The notes beneath the pieces were generated by a model, which did not search any database, was not told the origin of the DNA, and was given only the letters and a program-made list of their open reading frames with translations. From the NCBI RefSeq assembly GCF_009914755.1, contig NC_060933.1: a stretch of DNA of 64,000 nt; one strand, given 5' to 3'. Numbering within the stretch: the first letter of the stretch is position 1; each line of letters starts with the position of its first letter. This stretch comes from the human T2T-CHM13v2.0 reference genome, Homo sapiens. The position numbers were made by a program, and so were the translations under genes. This document shows positions 1 through 26,450 of the stretch, in pieces.

Positions 1-2367
<2,367 letters not shown>

Positions 2368-2832
2368 GAGTTGATTCAGCAGGCCTGAGACTGCTACTCT
2401 TAGAAAGGCTTTCTTGTAAGGTTTGCCCTTGGCTGGCATCTAGAAACAAGATTCTCATAACTGCCGAGGGGCTCACCGTGCCAGCCCTGCACAAACAATA
2501 TGATAGGGAACACCAGTTTTCCATCTCACAGTCTGTAATTTTGGCAGATGCTAGACAGAGGGTGTCTACATGATTAGCCCACAATAAAAACCCTGGGCAC
2601 CAGTTCTGGGTAGACAACATTTTACATATGTTTTCAAAATTCATTGTTTAGGAAACTGTGCTTGGGGAACTATCTGAACTCTCAGAAGCTTGTAGCTTGT
2701 TTCCTACGAACTTTGCCCCATGCACCTTTTATCTCTGCTGATTTTTGTTTGTATTTTTTCAGTGTATAAATTTTAACCATTATTATGACTATACGCTGAG
2801 TTGTGTGAGTACTCCTAGTGAATCAGAGAACC
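2368..2832 (+). mobile_element. MER21-family LTR fragment
   Basis: gcaggcctgagactgct...cttagaaaggc...ccttggctggcatct...ctagtgaatca resembles the MER21 consensus; it ends ~25 bp from the KRAB-B donor. Confidence 0.7.
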
Positions 2833-2859
2833 TTCTTCTTGTTGAATTCAGTAACTCAC

Positions 2860-2961
2860 CTGGGGAGTTCCTGCTTAGAAATCCTTTCTCTTTCTCTAAT
2901 AACCATGGATCTTCTCCTTGTTCCAATGTGAAGATCAGTTCTGGTTTTGTAAAGCAGTAGC
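2860..2961 (-). CDS. ZNF782: KRAB-B exon of KRAB zinc-finger protein (102 nt)
   Basis: Encodes (G)YCFTKPELIFTLEQGEDPWLLEKEKGFLSRNSP. Acceptor TTTATAG| and donor CAG|GTGAGT; phase 1/1, matching the KRAB-A exon. Confidence 0.95.
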
Positions 2962-3107
2962 CTATAAATGGGAAACAATTTAGCATTTGCATTAGTTGCA
3001 TAGGTTCTACTGTTTCTGAATGTGAAGAAGGTACAGCTTCAGAAGGGGCATATTCAGGGTGCTCACTGGACCTTCCTTGGGGAAGTAACCACAAAAAACA
3101 TTTTCTT

Positions 3108-3380
3108 TCTTTTCTTACTTTTTTTTTTAGAGACAGGGTCCCTATGTCACTCAGGCTGAAGTGCAGTGGTGCCACCATGGCTCACTGCAGCCTCAAACTC
3201 CTGGGCTCAGGTAATCCTTCTGCCTCAGCCTCCTGAGTAGCTGGGACTACAGGTGTGCACCACCATACCCGGCTAATTTTTTAAAGTTTTTTTGTAAAGA
3301 TAGAGTCGAATTCCTGGCCTCAAGCAATCGTCTCACCCTGGCCTCCCAAAGTACGGTGGCATAAGCCACTGTACCTGGCC
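3108..3380 (-). mobile_element. AluJ-type
   Basis: Alu body with T-rich end; flanking duplication aaaaaacattttctt at 3093-3107 and 3381-3395. Confidence 0.85.
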
Positions 3381-3479
3381 AAAAAACATTTTCTTATTCT
3401 CATAAATGATCAATCTCCTTGAACCCCTGAACTGCACACCTAAGTAACATAAAATTCTAAAATGGCCAATGTCTTGGTT

Positions 3480-6400
3480 ATTGAGGAAGAGATTTCATAA
3501 GGACTTCCATATCTGGCTGTAACAGGGTAAAAGGAACTGATTTCCATAACAGACAACTAAAAAACCAAACAAAATATAAAAAATGGTAATTAGGTTTTAG
3601 CCAAGAGGCAGTGCAGACAGGGATCCTTGAAAGTAGAGAAACAATGAGGTGAGCCCTATGATTATCACAGGCTACTTGTGAGAGAGTTGCCAAACCAGAG
3701 CGGAAAAAGAATACCAAAACAGAGCCTGGCAGACTTGGCAAGCTGATGTGACAAAATTGGATGTTTAAGGAAGCCCTGGCAACTAGAATTTGTGGGAGTA
3801 AATGCCAGCGAAGAAAGAGCTATACTGATATAAAATGTTGGAGATCTGCAGAAGGGTCTCCTGAGTACTGACCTGTATAAGCATATAAGAGAATCACTCA
3901 AGGTTAGGAAAAGACCAGTGAAAAAGAATAGGCTGAAAAATCACTACAGCATACACAAAGGCAGGAAGTTTATATCATCACCAACCAGGGTAGAAAACCT
4001 CCTAATTAATGACCAACAGGGTAGAATAACCAGAACGGTACTGCTTTAGTAGAGGGGCCAAATTAGTTCTAAAGTGAGCTCTGAATCCAACACAACAAAG
4101 CTTAAAGTGTACCTTGAAATGATCGAACTAATTCCAAGTAACTTAACTACATCCCAGAAAAGGCTCAGAAATATGTAAAAGAATACAACAAAATCTAGCA
4201 ACTCACAATGTAAAATTCACAATATCTAGCACCCAACACAAAATTACTAGGTATGAACAGAAGCAGTGATACAAGACTCTTATCAAGGAGAAAAATCAAT
4301 CAGTAACAACCAAATAAGAAATGGCCCATATGGCCAGGCACAGTGACACCTGTAATCCCAGTTTTTTGGGAGGGTGGGGCAGGAGGACTGCCTGAAGCTG
4401 GGAGTTCAAGACCAGCCTGGGCAACACATAGAGAGACTGGAAAATAATAAACAGAGTTATCTGTGACCTGTGGTTAAATAAATTTGTAGTCTAACATATA
4501 TGTAATCAGCATTCCAGAAGAAAAAAAGGAAAGGGAGAGAAAATTCTGATGCAACAGTGGCCAAAATTTCCTAATTTTAATGACCTATATAAACCCTCAG
4601 ATCCAAGAAGCTAAATAAATGCCAAGAGGAAACATAAAATCACACCAATGTACATTATAATCAAATTGCTAAAACCTGCTGAAAAAAAGAAAATTTTATG
4701 TAGACAGAAAAAGACATAATATATGCAGAAGAACAAAGAGAATTAAAGCTGACTTCTTGTTAGAAATTTTACAGTCTGGAAGACAGTGAAGTGATACTTT
4801 TAAAGTACTTAAAGAAAAAAAATCAACTTAAAATTTTATACTTGGCAAAGATAAGATGTTTCAGACCAAAAAAAAAAAAAAAAAGCTGAAACAATTTATC
4901 AGCAACTGATGTGTATTACGAGAAATGTTAAATTTTCCAGACAGAAGAAAAATGGTACTATGAAAATTTCTGATTTATATAAAAAAATTTATAGAGATAA
5001 AGAGCACCATAAACTGGAAAAAAGAGGATGAAAACAAAATATACTTTTCTCATTCTTGGAATTCTTTTCTTTAAATAGAACATTATCTTTCAAGTTATCT
5101 TTTTAGACAATATTATTTATTATGGGTTTTATAATATATAAATAGCACATATAAAGAGAAATTCTGCATAATGATAAAGGGAATAATTAATCAAGAGGAT
5201 ATAACAATCACAAATGTTTTTCCATTTTATAACACTACTTCAAAATACATAAAGCAAATCCTGATGAAACTGGAAGAATAACCAAATCCACAATTGTAGC
5301 TGGACAGTAAAACTCCTTTCTCAATAATTTATAGAAGTAGATTACAAGTAAATAAGAAGAAGTACAGAAGAGTTGAAGAATATTATCAACCAACATGACC
5401 TCCATTTACAGAACACCGATCCAAAAGGAAAACACATTATTTTCAAATACATATGAAACATTTAACCAGGATAAATCATAAGATGGGCCCTGAAACAAGT
5501 TTAAATAAACTTTAAAAGGATTAAAAAATCTTGCTCTCCAAATAGGAATTGAGAAAGCAATAATAGTAAAAAAAATTTCAAAGAGCCAAAAATTTAAAAT
5601 AAAAAAGCCATATTCTAGTAGAAATATGGAGTAGAGGTACTTTCTCCTATCTTTTCTGGCATGTATAGCTAAAAACTATGGATATTATATATTTAAAAAC
5701 ATAAGATGCTGAAAGGTAGAGAGAAGACAGCAGATTGTTCAAGGACTTCAGGACTCAAGGAATGACAATGATGAGTTCCCCGCACTTCTCTTTGGCCTCA
5801 TATATTCCAAATTAGAAGCTGGAGAAGCTGGCAACAAACAACATGAATGTGGAGATGGAAAAACAAGACAAAACATAAAACCCAAAGCTTGTGCTCTCAA
5901 GCCAGAGGTTCAGGAAAGAGGCAGCCTAACAAGATTGAAAACTTTTAGACAACGACTGTTCTTAATTCAGCCAAACACAAAATAAAAAATATGTTCTCCA
6001 CTTCTACTGCTGCCATGAAAGGACAAGTGGGGAACTCAAATGTCTGTGCTCACCAGGCTGTAAGAAGGCTCCCTTACTGTTCCACCAGGGTCATGTGAGA
6101 GAGGGCTGACGGGGCTGAGACATGTCTCCAAGCCAGGCAGTGACAAGGTCCCCTGCCCCCCAGTGTCAGTAGAAGCCCCATGGGGAGCAGTAATGAGGCA
6201 CTCCAGATCCTACCATGCAGGGTGTTATCAGTGAAGGCATAATGGGGATGCTGAACCACCACTACCATTCAGCAGTAATGACAATCCCTCCTCCTCTAGG
6301 TGCCGACAGAGGCTGAGTAGGAAACCTGGACTTTCAGCCCACCTTTTAATAATAAGGCAGCACCCCCCAACCTCCCCTGCCACAGTGGTGTCAGAGAATG

Positions 6401-7170
6401 CCTGCTACATGAGAAGATTTAAATCAGACACAGATCTTATAATTTCCAAATAGGTTCAATCTAAAATCACTTGTCATACCAAGATCTAAGACAACTTCAA
6501 CTTGATTGAGCAAAGACAATCAATAGATGCCAACACTGAGATGGCATGGAAGTTAAAAATATCTGATAAAGACTTTAAATAAGCCATCATATAAATGTTT
6601 AAACAAACAATAAGAAACATGAAACAAAAATAGAAAGTCTCAGCAAAGAAAGAGAAGATATATGAAGTAGGTATTTTAGAGTTGAAAAATAACTAAATAC
6701 TCAGTGGATGGGTTCAACAGCAGAATGAAGAGGACAGAGGAAATAATCCATGAATTTTAATATAGAAGAGCAGAAATTACCCAATCTGAACAACAGACAG
6801 AAAACAGACTAACGCCACAGGGACCTGTGAGACTATAACATAATATCTAACAATTGTGTCATAGAAGTTTCAGAAGGAGGGGAGAAAAGGGAGAAAGGGA
6901 GGGGCTGAAAAGTCTAAAAAGAAATGATAGCTTACCAAGTTAGTGACTGCCATGAGTTAAGGGATAGTAAAAGGAGTTGGGCTGACTTTATATAAAGGGG
7001 TAGGACAAAGCTCTTTGTGGTGACTGAATAGTTCTGTTGACTTGACTGTAGTGGTGGTTACACCAATCTATATATGTGATAAATAACACAGAACTATACA
7101 CTTGTTGTGCCAATGTCAACTTCCTGATACTGACATTGTACTACAGTTGCATAAGATGTATCTCTCAGAA
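3480..7170 (+). mobile_element. Patchwork of old L1M (L1MD/L1ME/L1MC-type) fragments, with an Alu monomer near 4330-4435
   Basis: A-rich degenerate L1 5'UTR/ORF1/ORF2 segments and an L1MC/MD-type 3' end (tgtagtggtggttacacc...). Confidence 0.6.
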
Positions 7171-7207
7171 TGTTGAAACATTTAGGATTTAAAAATTGCT
7201 GTCTTTA

Positions 7208-9749
<2,542 letters not shown>

Positions 9750-9885
9750 TGTTATGGTTTGGGTATGGTTTGTCCCCATCAAAATACATGTTAAAATTTG
9801 ATCCTTAATGCAGTGTTGAGAGGTGGGGCATAGTGGGAGGTGTTCGGTCACGGGGCTGGATCCCTCATGAAAAGATTAATGCCCT

Positions 9886-10245
9886 CTGACATGGTTTGGC
9901 TGTGTCCCCACCCAAATCTCATCTTGAATTGTAGTTCCCATAATCCCCACGTCATGGGACGGACCAGGTGGAGAAAACTGAATCATAGGGACGGTTTCCC
10001 CCATCCTATTCTCGTGATAGTGAGTTAGTTCTCACGTGAGCTGATGGTTTTATAATGGGCTTCCCCCTTCACTGGGCACTCATTCTCTCTCCTGCTGCCC
10101 TGTGAAGAGGTGCCTTCCACTATAATTGCAAGTTTCCTAAGGCCTCCCCAACTATGTGAAACTGTGAGTCAATTAAACTTCTTTCCTTTATATATTACCC
10201 AGTCTCAGGTATTTCTTCATAGCAGCATAAGAATGGACTAATACA
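9886..10245 (+). mobile_element. THE1D/MSTA-like solo LTR inside the MST 5' LTR
   Basis: tgacatggtttggctgtgtccccacccaaatctc...gaatggactaataca. Confidence 0.85.
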
Positions 10246-11987
10246 CCATTCAATGGGCGTGAGTTCTTGCTCTCACAGGAATGTACTAGTTCCTGTGACA
10301 GTGAGTTATTTAGAGATTCCTCAGTTTCACACTCTTGCTTCCATGCAATTTCTTTGCACATGCTTGCTCCCCTTCCACTTTCTGCCATGAGTTGAAGCAG
10401 CATGACGTCCTCACCCGATGAAGCTGTCCAATTTGGGACTTCCCAGCCACCAGAATTGTGAGCTAAATAAATGTTTTTTCTTTAAAAATCACCTAGTCTC
10501 ACTTGTTATGTTACGGCAACACAAAACAGACTAAGAGAGAAAATTGGTACCAAGGAGTGGGTTGTTGCTTTACAAACACCTGAAAATGCGGAAGTAGCTT
10601 TGGAACTGGGTAATGGGTAGTGGCTGGAAAAATTTGGAGGGGCAGGCCAGTATTGCCATGAATGGAGCGTTAAGGGTGATTCTACTGAGGCTCAGATGAA
10701 GACAGGAAAACAAAGGAAACTTTCAGACTTCTTACAAATTGGTTAAATGGTTGTGAACAAAATGCTGCTAGAAATATGACAGTAGAGACCATTCTGCTAA
10801 GATCTCAGATGGAAATGAGGAAGCATTATTAGGAACTGGAAAAAAGGCCATCCTTTTTACACAGTAGCAAAGAAGGTGGCTGTATTGTCTCCATGCCTCA
10901 GGGCTTTATGGAAGGCAGAACTTAAGAGTGGTGAACTAGTATAACTGGTGGAAGAACCTTCTAGGCAGCAAAGTGCTCAAGAAGTGGCATGGTTACTTTT
11001 AACAGCTTATGCTGGAGTTATACTAGCAAAGGGATAATCTAAAGATGGAATTTATAATTTAAAAGGAAGCAAAGTAGAAGGATTTGGAAAATTTGCAGCC
11101 TGGCCGTGTGGAAGAGAATGAAGGAGAATTTTTAGAAAAGATATCCATTGATGTGGCTGAGCAACTGCTTGCTAAAGAGATTAGAATAAGCAAAAGGTCA
11201 AAACAATGGGAAAAAGACCCTGAAGTCATTTTGAATATCTTCAAGTTGCTTCTCCCATTCCAGGCCCAGAAGCCTAAGAAGGCAGAATAGTTTCAGGGGA
11301 AAGGGCCAGGCTGCTGCACTTGGGACACCTTGAGACACAGCTTCCTGCATCCTAGCTGCTTCAGCTGAAACAGCCATGGGGTCAAGTGGCTCCAGTAAGG
11401 CTTGTGCTGCATAAGCCTTACATCCCCTGGCTTATGTCTAGAGGGCATGAGCAGTAAGCCTTGGGGTCCGTGTAGTGTTAATTTTGCAGGCTTGCAGAAT
11501 GCTAGAGCCATGGAGGTGTGTGTTACTCCACTGAGATTTCAACGTATGTATGAAAAACCCTATAGGCCCAGGCAGAGACTTGTTGCAGGGGCAGAGCCAC
11601 TGCAGAGACCCTCTGCTAGGGCAAGGCCAAGCAAAAATTTGGGTTAGGTCTACTGCAGAGTCTCCACTAAGGCAATGCCTAGTGGAGCTTCAGGATTAGG
11701 GCCACTGCTAGGACCCCAAAATTGTAGAGCCACCAGTAGCATGCAATCTCAGTCTTGAAAAGCTGCAGGCATTTGCCTTCAGCCTGTGAGAGCAGCAATG
11801 TAAGCTGGGCAGAGAGAAGCCATGAGAGTGGAGCTATCCAAGGGCTTGGAAGGCTACTCCTCACACCAGTGTGCTGAGGATGTGGGACATGGAGTCAAAG
11901 GAGACTATTCTGGAGCTTTCAAATTTAATGTCTGCCCTGCTGGGTTTCAGACCTTATGCCTATTCCACCATTGTATCTTGGAAGTAA

Positions 11988-12293
<306 letters not shown>

Positions 12294-12989
12294 TGATTTT
12301 ACAGGCTTGTAGCTGGACTTTGGACTTTTAAGGTGGTGCTAGAAAAACTTAAGGCTTTTGGGACTAGTGGGATGGAATATTATATTTTGTATATGAGAAG
12401 GACATGAGTTTTGGGGAGCTAGGGGCAGAATGGTATGGTTTGGGTGTGGTTCATCCCTGCAAAAACTCAAGGTGAAATTTGATCCCCAATGTAGCAGTGT
12501 TGGGAGGTGGGGCTTAGTGGGAGATGTTTGGGTCATGGGAGTAGATCCCTCATGAACAGATTAATGCCCTCCCAAAGGGTTGAGTTCTCACTCTCATAGG
12601 AATAGATTATTTCTTGTGAGAACGGGTTGTTAAAGAGCCTGGTTTCTCTCTTGCTTCCTCTTTTGCCATGTGATCTCTTTGCACATGGCCCCTCCCCTTC
12701 CACTTCCCACCATAAGTTGAAGCAGTATGATGCCCTCATTAGATGCAGCTGCCCAATCCTGGATTTTCCAGCCACCAGAATTGTGAGCGAAACAAACTTT
12801 TCTTTATAAATTACCCAGTCTCAGGTATTCTGTTCTAGCAACACAAACTGGACTGAGACACTCCCATAGTTTTGTTTTTTGAGCAATTTCCTTACTTTCT
12901 GGTTCTACAAGATGCCCCACACTCATCTTGTACATTTCTCGCCTAGCCCTTAGAATCAACCATTTTCCCAAGGAATCTTGGTTCCTTTA

Positions 12990-15900
<2,911 letters not shown>

Positions 15901-16499
15901 TTAAAGCCCTCAATGACTACTTATTGCTTTAAACCCAGAATATGGCCTCAATAATATATATTCACTTGGTCCACTTCCACATCTTGTACCATATTCCTTC
16001 TTGCTTTCTTTGTTCCAGGTGTACTGGTTCTTTTTCAGGTCTCTGTACTCACTATCTTTTCTTCTACTAGGGGTCTTTGTGCTTGTTCTTTTCTCTGCTT
16101 GGAGTGTTTATATTTCCTTATTTAGCTTATTCCTAGACATCCTTAGAGTTTTTCTCAAGCAACACTTATCTTTTCCTTTGAATTTGAAAATTTTCTTTGA
16201 AAAAGTAAAAAAGAGAGTTCAGTGAACCCCTCCCCTCATGTATCCTTCACCCAGCTTCAAAAAAATTACAATTTTTTTTAACAGAAAGGTTTTCTTAACC
16301 TCAGAAACTCTTCAAATCACCCTATGAAAATTAAGGCTGTGCTATTGAATAACTTGAGAACTGCACTGGTGTCTATCAAAAAGTGGATATTAATTAAACA
16401 GTTGTTAAGTTTTAATTGCATTTCTTCATACAGTCTCATACTATATGAATGAGTGTTCAATCAAAGAAGAAATATGTCTTCTAGACATAAATAAGAGAC

Positions 16500-20829
<4,330 letters not shown>

Positions 20830-21097
20830 TCAGAATCAAGGAAAGGAAAACGTTTTCGGAAACTAACTCATTATGTTTACTGTTGAGAATTTAAAACAAA
20901 ATGCTATAAGGGATTCTTATTAAGGCCCTAATTCTGCCTTACTTTTGAAATGCATAATTAGCACACATATTTGTTCTCATGCTCTTATTTGTATTTATTT
21001 TACAATCATACACATACATTGTTACTTAATATACTGAGGAAGCTTAGTACCCTTTTAGGTAAAATTATTATAAATAGGATTCCTGCATACGTTTCCC

Positions 21098-21337
21098 ATG
21101 GTGCGATCTCGGCTCACTGCAACCTCCGCATTCCTGGGTTCAAGCAATTCCCCTGCCTCAGCCTCCCAAGTAGCTGGAATTACAGGTGCATGCCACCACA
21201 CCTAGTTTTTTGTATTTTAGTAGAGATGGGGTTTCACCATGTTGGCCAGGATGGTCTCGATCTCCTTACCTCATGATCCGCCCACCTTGGCCTCCCAAAG
21301 TGCTGGGATTACAGGCGTGGGCCATAGTGCCCAGCTG
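21098..21337 (-). mobile_element. Truncated AluS
   Basis: Antisense Alu lacking its tail end. Confidence 0.85.
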
Positions 21338-21419
21338 GGAAGTGAATCTTTACAAGAATGAAAATCTGTTCATTATTATCTCGTGCAGCTGTACACAGAG
21401 ATGCAGCATGATACATAAC

Positions 21420-24400
21420 ACAAAAAGCTCAGAAAAAAGAATAAAAAGAAACGAACAAAGTCTCCAAGAAATATGAAATTATGTAAAATGGCCAAACCTA
21501 AGAATAATTGATGTTTCTGAGGGAGAAAAGAAAACAAAAAGTCTAGAAAACTTATTTGAGGAAATAACTGAGGAAAACTTCACTGACCTGGCTAGATATT
21601 TACATATCCCAATCCAAGAAGGTCAAAGAACTCTTGGAAAATCCACTGCAAAAAGATCTTCACCAAAGCATATAGTCATCAGGCTGTCTAAAGCCAACAT
21701 GAAGGACAAAATTCTAAGAGCACTAAGATAAAAGCATCAGGTAACCTATAAAGGAAAACTTAACAGACTAACAGCAGACTTCTCAGCAGAAACCTCACAA
21801 GAAAGAAGGGATTGGGGGTCCTATCTCCAACCTCTTTAAACAGAGTACCTGTCAGCTAAGGATTCTGCATCCAGCAAAACTAAGTTTCATCAATGAAATA
21901 AAGTTATTTCAGACAAATGCATGCTGAGGGACTTTGTCGTTACCAAACCAGCACTATGAGAAATGCTAAAAAGAGTTCTAAACCTTGAAACAAAAGTTTG
22001 ATATGCACCAAAACAGAACCTCTTGAAAGCTTAAAACTCACAGGACCTATAAACCAATAATTCAATGAAAAAAGCAAACTAGGTAGCAATGTGATGAAGA
22101 GAACAGTATCTCACATCTCAATATTAACATTGAATGTAAATGGCCTAAATGCTCCACTTAAAAGATACAGAATGGCAAAACAGATTTTAAAAAAATCACA
22201 AACCAAATATCTGCTGTCTTCAACAGACTCACCAAACATAGAAGGATTCATATAAACTCAAGGTAAAGGGAAGGAAAAAAATATTCCATGCAAATGGAAA
22301 CCAAAAGCAAGCAGGAGTAGCTATTCTTATATCAGACAAAACGGACTTCAAAGAAAATCAGTAAAAAAAAGACAAAGAAGGTCACCATATGATGATAAAA
22401 GGATCAATCCAACAAGAAGATATTACAATCCCAAATTTATATGCACTTAACACTGGAGGTCCCAGTTTCACAAAACAATTACTACTAACCTAAGAAATGA
22501 GATAGACAGCAATACAATAATAGTGGGAAACTTCAATAGACCACTGACAGTACTAGACAGATCAAGACAGAAAGCCAACAAAGAAACAATCGACTTAAAC
22601 AACACACTAGAACAAACGAACTTAACAGATATTTACAAAATGCTCTCCAAGAACTGCAGAATATACATTCTTCTCATCAGCACACGGGACATTCTCAAAG
22701 ACAGATCATATGATAGGCCACAAAACAAGTCTCAATACATTTTTAAAAATCGAAATCATATCAAGTATCTACTCAGATCACAGCAGAATAAAACTAGGGA
22801 TGAACTCTAAAAGGAACCTTTAAAACTATAAAAATACATGGAAATGAAATAATCTGCTCCTGAATGATTTCTGGGTTAACAATAAAATCAAGATAGAAAT
22901 TTACAAATTCAATGAATGATAATTACACAAATTATCAAAACCTCTGGGATATAGCAAAGCAGTGCTAAGAGAAAAGTTTATAGTGTTAAATGCCTATATC
23001 AAAAAGCCTGAAAGAGCACAAATTGACAACCTATTGCCATACCTCAAGGCACCAGAGAAACAGGAACTAAACCCAAAGCTAGCAGGACAAAAGAAATAAA
23101 GATCAAAGTAGAACTAAATGAAATTCAAACAAAAAAACCCCAAAATATCAATGAAACAAAAAAGCTGGTTCCTGAAAAGCTAAAACTGATAGACCTTCAG
23201 CTAGATTGACCAAGAAAAGAAAGAAGATCCAAATAAGTTCAATTAGAAATGAAACTGGAAACATTACAACCGACACCACAGAAATACAAAAGATCTTTCA
23301 AGACTACTATGAACGCCTTCATGTGCACAAACTAGAAAACCTGGAGGAAATGGATAAATTCTTGCAAACATACAACACTCCTAGATTAAATCAGGAAGAA
23401 ACTGAAACCCTGAATAGACTACAAGTAGAGAGATTAAATCAGTAATTTAAAAATTTGAAAATTGCCAACAACAACAAAAAGCCTGGGACCAGATGGATTC
23501 ACAGCTGAATTCTACCAGATATTTAAAGAAGAACTGGTCCCAATCCTGCAGAAACTATTCCACAAGATTGCAAAAGAGGGAATCCTCCCTAAATCATTCT
23601 ATGAAGCCAGTATCACCCTGATAGCAAAACCAGGAAAGGACACAACAAAAAAGGAAACAACAGACCAATATCCCTGATGAACATAGATGCAAAAATCCTC
23701 AACAAAACACTAGCTAACTGAATACAATAGCACATTAAAAATCACATCATGATTAGGTAGGTTTCACCTCAGGGATGCAGGGATGGTTTAACATATGCAA
23801 GTAAATAAATGTGATACATCATGTAAACATAACTAAAAACAAAAATCATATAATCATCTCAGTAGATGCAGAAAAAACATTTGACAAAATCTAGTGTACC
23901 TTTATAAAAGCTCTCAACAAACTACGCATAGAGGGGACTTACCTCAAAATAATAAAAGCCATATGTGACAAGCCCACAGCCAACACCATATTGAATGGGG
24001 AAAGTTGAAAGCACTCCCCCTGAGAACAGAAACAAGACAAGGATGCCCGCTTTCACCACTCCTGTTCAACATAGTTCTGGAAGTCCTAGCCAGAGCAATT
24101 AGTCAAGAGAAAGAAATAAAGGGCATCCAAATTGGAAAAGAAAAAGTCAAACTACTGCTGTTTGTAGATGATATGATCATATACCTAGAAAATCCAAGAC
24201 TCCTCCAAAAGACTCCTAGATTTGATAAATGAATTCAGTAAAGTCTCAGGGTACAAAATCAATGTAAACAAATCAGCAGCAATGCTATACCAACAACAAC
24301 CAAGCTAAGAATCAAATCAAGAACTCAATTTCTTTTACAACAGCTGCAAAAACAAAATAACACCACCACCACCAAAAAAACAACCTAATAATATACTTAA

Positions 24401-26450
24401 CCAAGGAGGTGAAAGATCTCTACAAGAACTACATAACACTGCTGAAAGAAATCACAGGTGACACAGACAAATGGAACACATCCCATGCTCATGGATTGGA
24501 AGAATCAATATTGTGAAAATGACCATTCTGCCCAAAGCAATCTACAGGTTCAATGCAATTCTCATCAAAATACCAACATCTTTTACATAATTAGAAAAAA
24601 CAATCCTAAAATTCATACGGAATAAAAAAGAGCCCGAATAGTCAAAGCAATCCTGAGCAAAAAGAACAAATCTGGAGGCACCACAATACCAGACTTCAAA
24701 TTATACTACAAGGCTATAATTCCCAAAACAGTATGGTACTGGTATAAAGGCAGGCACACAGACCAATGGAACAGAATAGAGAACCCAGAAATATAAAGCC
24801 AAATATGTACAGTCAACAACTGATCTTCGACAAAGCATACAAAAACACAAACGGGGGAATGGACATCCTATTTCAGCAATCCCCAACCTTTTTGGCACCA
24901 GGAACTGGTTTCCTGGAAGACAATTTTTCCATGGACCAGCGGTGGTGGGGTGGGGATGGTTTCAAGATTAAACTGATCCACTTCAGATCATCAGGCATTA
25001 GTTAGATTCTCATAAGAAGCACCCAATCTAGATCCCTTGCATGTGCAGTTCACAATAGGGTTCCCTCTCCTATGAGAATCTGATGCTGCTGATCTGACAG
25101 GAGGTAGAGCTCAGGTGGTAATGCTTACTAGCCTGCTGCTTACCTCCTGCTGTGCCCTTCCATTCCTAACAGACCACGTGGCCCTGTGGATTGGGGACTC
25201 CTGTCCTATTTAATAAATGGTGCTGGTAAAAGTGGCAAGCCACATGCAGAATAATGAAACTGGATCCTATCTCTCACTTTATACAAATATCAACTCAAGA
25301 TGGATCAAAGACTTAAATCTGTGACCTGAAACCATAGAAATTCTAGAAGACAACATTTGGAAAACTCTTCTAGACATCAGCCTAGGCCACGAACTCGTGA
25401 CTAATACCCCAAAAGCAAACGCTACAAAAACAAAAATAAATTAACTGGACCTAACTAAATTAAAAAGCTTCTACACAGCAAAAGAAATAATTACCAGAGT
25501 AAACAGCCAACCCACAGAATGGGAGAAAATATTTACAAACTAGACATCTGACAAAGTATCCAGAATTTACAAGGAACTCAAATAAACCAGCAAGAAAAAA
25601 AATCCCATAAAAAAGTGGACAAAGGACATGAATTGTCATTTCTCAAAAGAAGATATACAAATGTCCAATAAACACATGAAAAAAAAATGCTCAACATCGC
25701 TAATCATCAGGGAAATGCAAATTGAAACCACCATGAGATACCACTTTACTCCTGCAAGAATGGCCCTTTTTAAAAAGTCAAAACACAATGGATATTTGCA
25801 TGGATGTGAAGAAAAGGGAATGCTTATACGCTGCTGGTAGGAATGTAAATTAGGACAACCTCTATGGAAAAAGTATGGAGATTCCTTAAAGAACTAAAAG
25901 TAGATCTACCATTCGATCTAGCAATCCCACTACTGGGTATCTACCCAAAGGAAAAGAAGTCATCATAAATGAAAAAGAAACCAGCACACGTTTGTAGCAG
26001 CACGATTCACAATTGCAAAGATGTGGAACCAACCTAAGTGCCCATGAACTGAGTGGATAAAGAAAATGTGGTACCTATACACCATGGAATACTACTCAGC
26101 CATAAAAAGGAATGAAATAATGTCTTTTGCAGCAACTTGGATGGAGCTGGAGGCTGTTATTCTAAGTATCACAGGAGTAGAAAACCAAACCGTACGTTCT
26201 CACTTATAAGTGGGAGCTAAGTTATGAGTATGCAAAGGCATACAGAGTGACATAATGGACTTTAGAGACCAAGAAGGGGAGGGTGGGAGGCTAGGGAAAG
26301 GTGCTAGGGATAAAAAACTACCTATAAGGCACAATGTACACTACTTGTCAGACCACGGGTGAACTAAAATCTCAGAATTCACCACTATATAATTCATCCA
26401 TGTAACAAGAAACCACTTGTACCCCAAAAGCTATTGAAATAAAACATTTT
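21420..26450 (+). mobile_element. L1PB-type LINE-1 (ORF1 part, decayed ORF2, 3'UTR)
   Basis: Fragmented ORF2 peptides ([22 protein letters not shown]); L1PB 3'UTR end ccacttgtaccccaaaagctattgaaataaa. Confidence 0.9.
24874..25203. mobile_element. MER1B (hAT-Charlie) inserted in L1PB ORF2
   Basis: Ends cagcaatccccaacc...ggggactcctg; 8-bp TSD tcctattt at 24866-24873 and 25204-25211. Confidence 0.9.
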
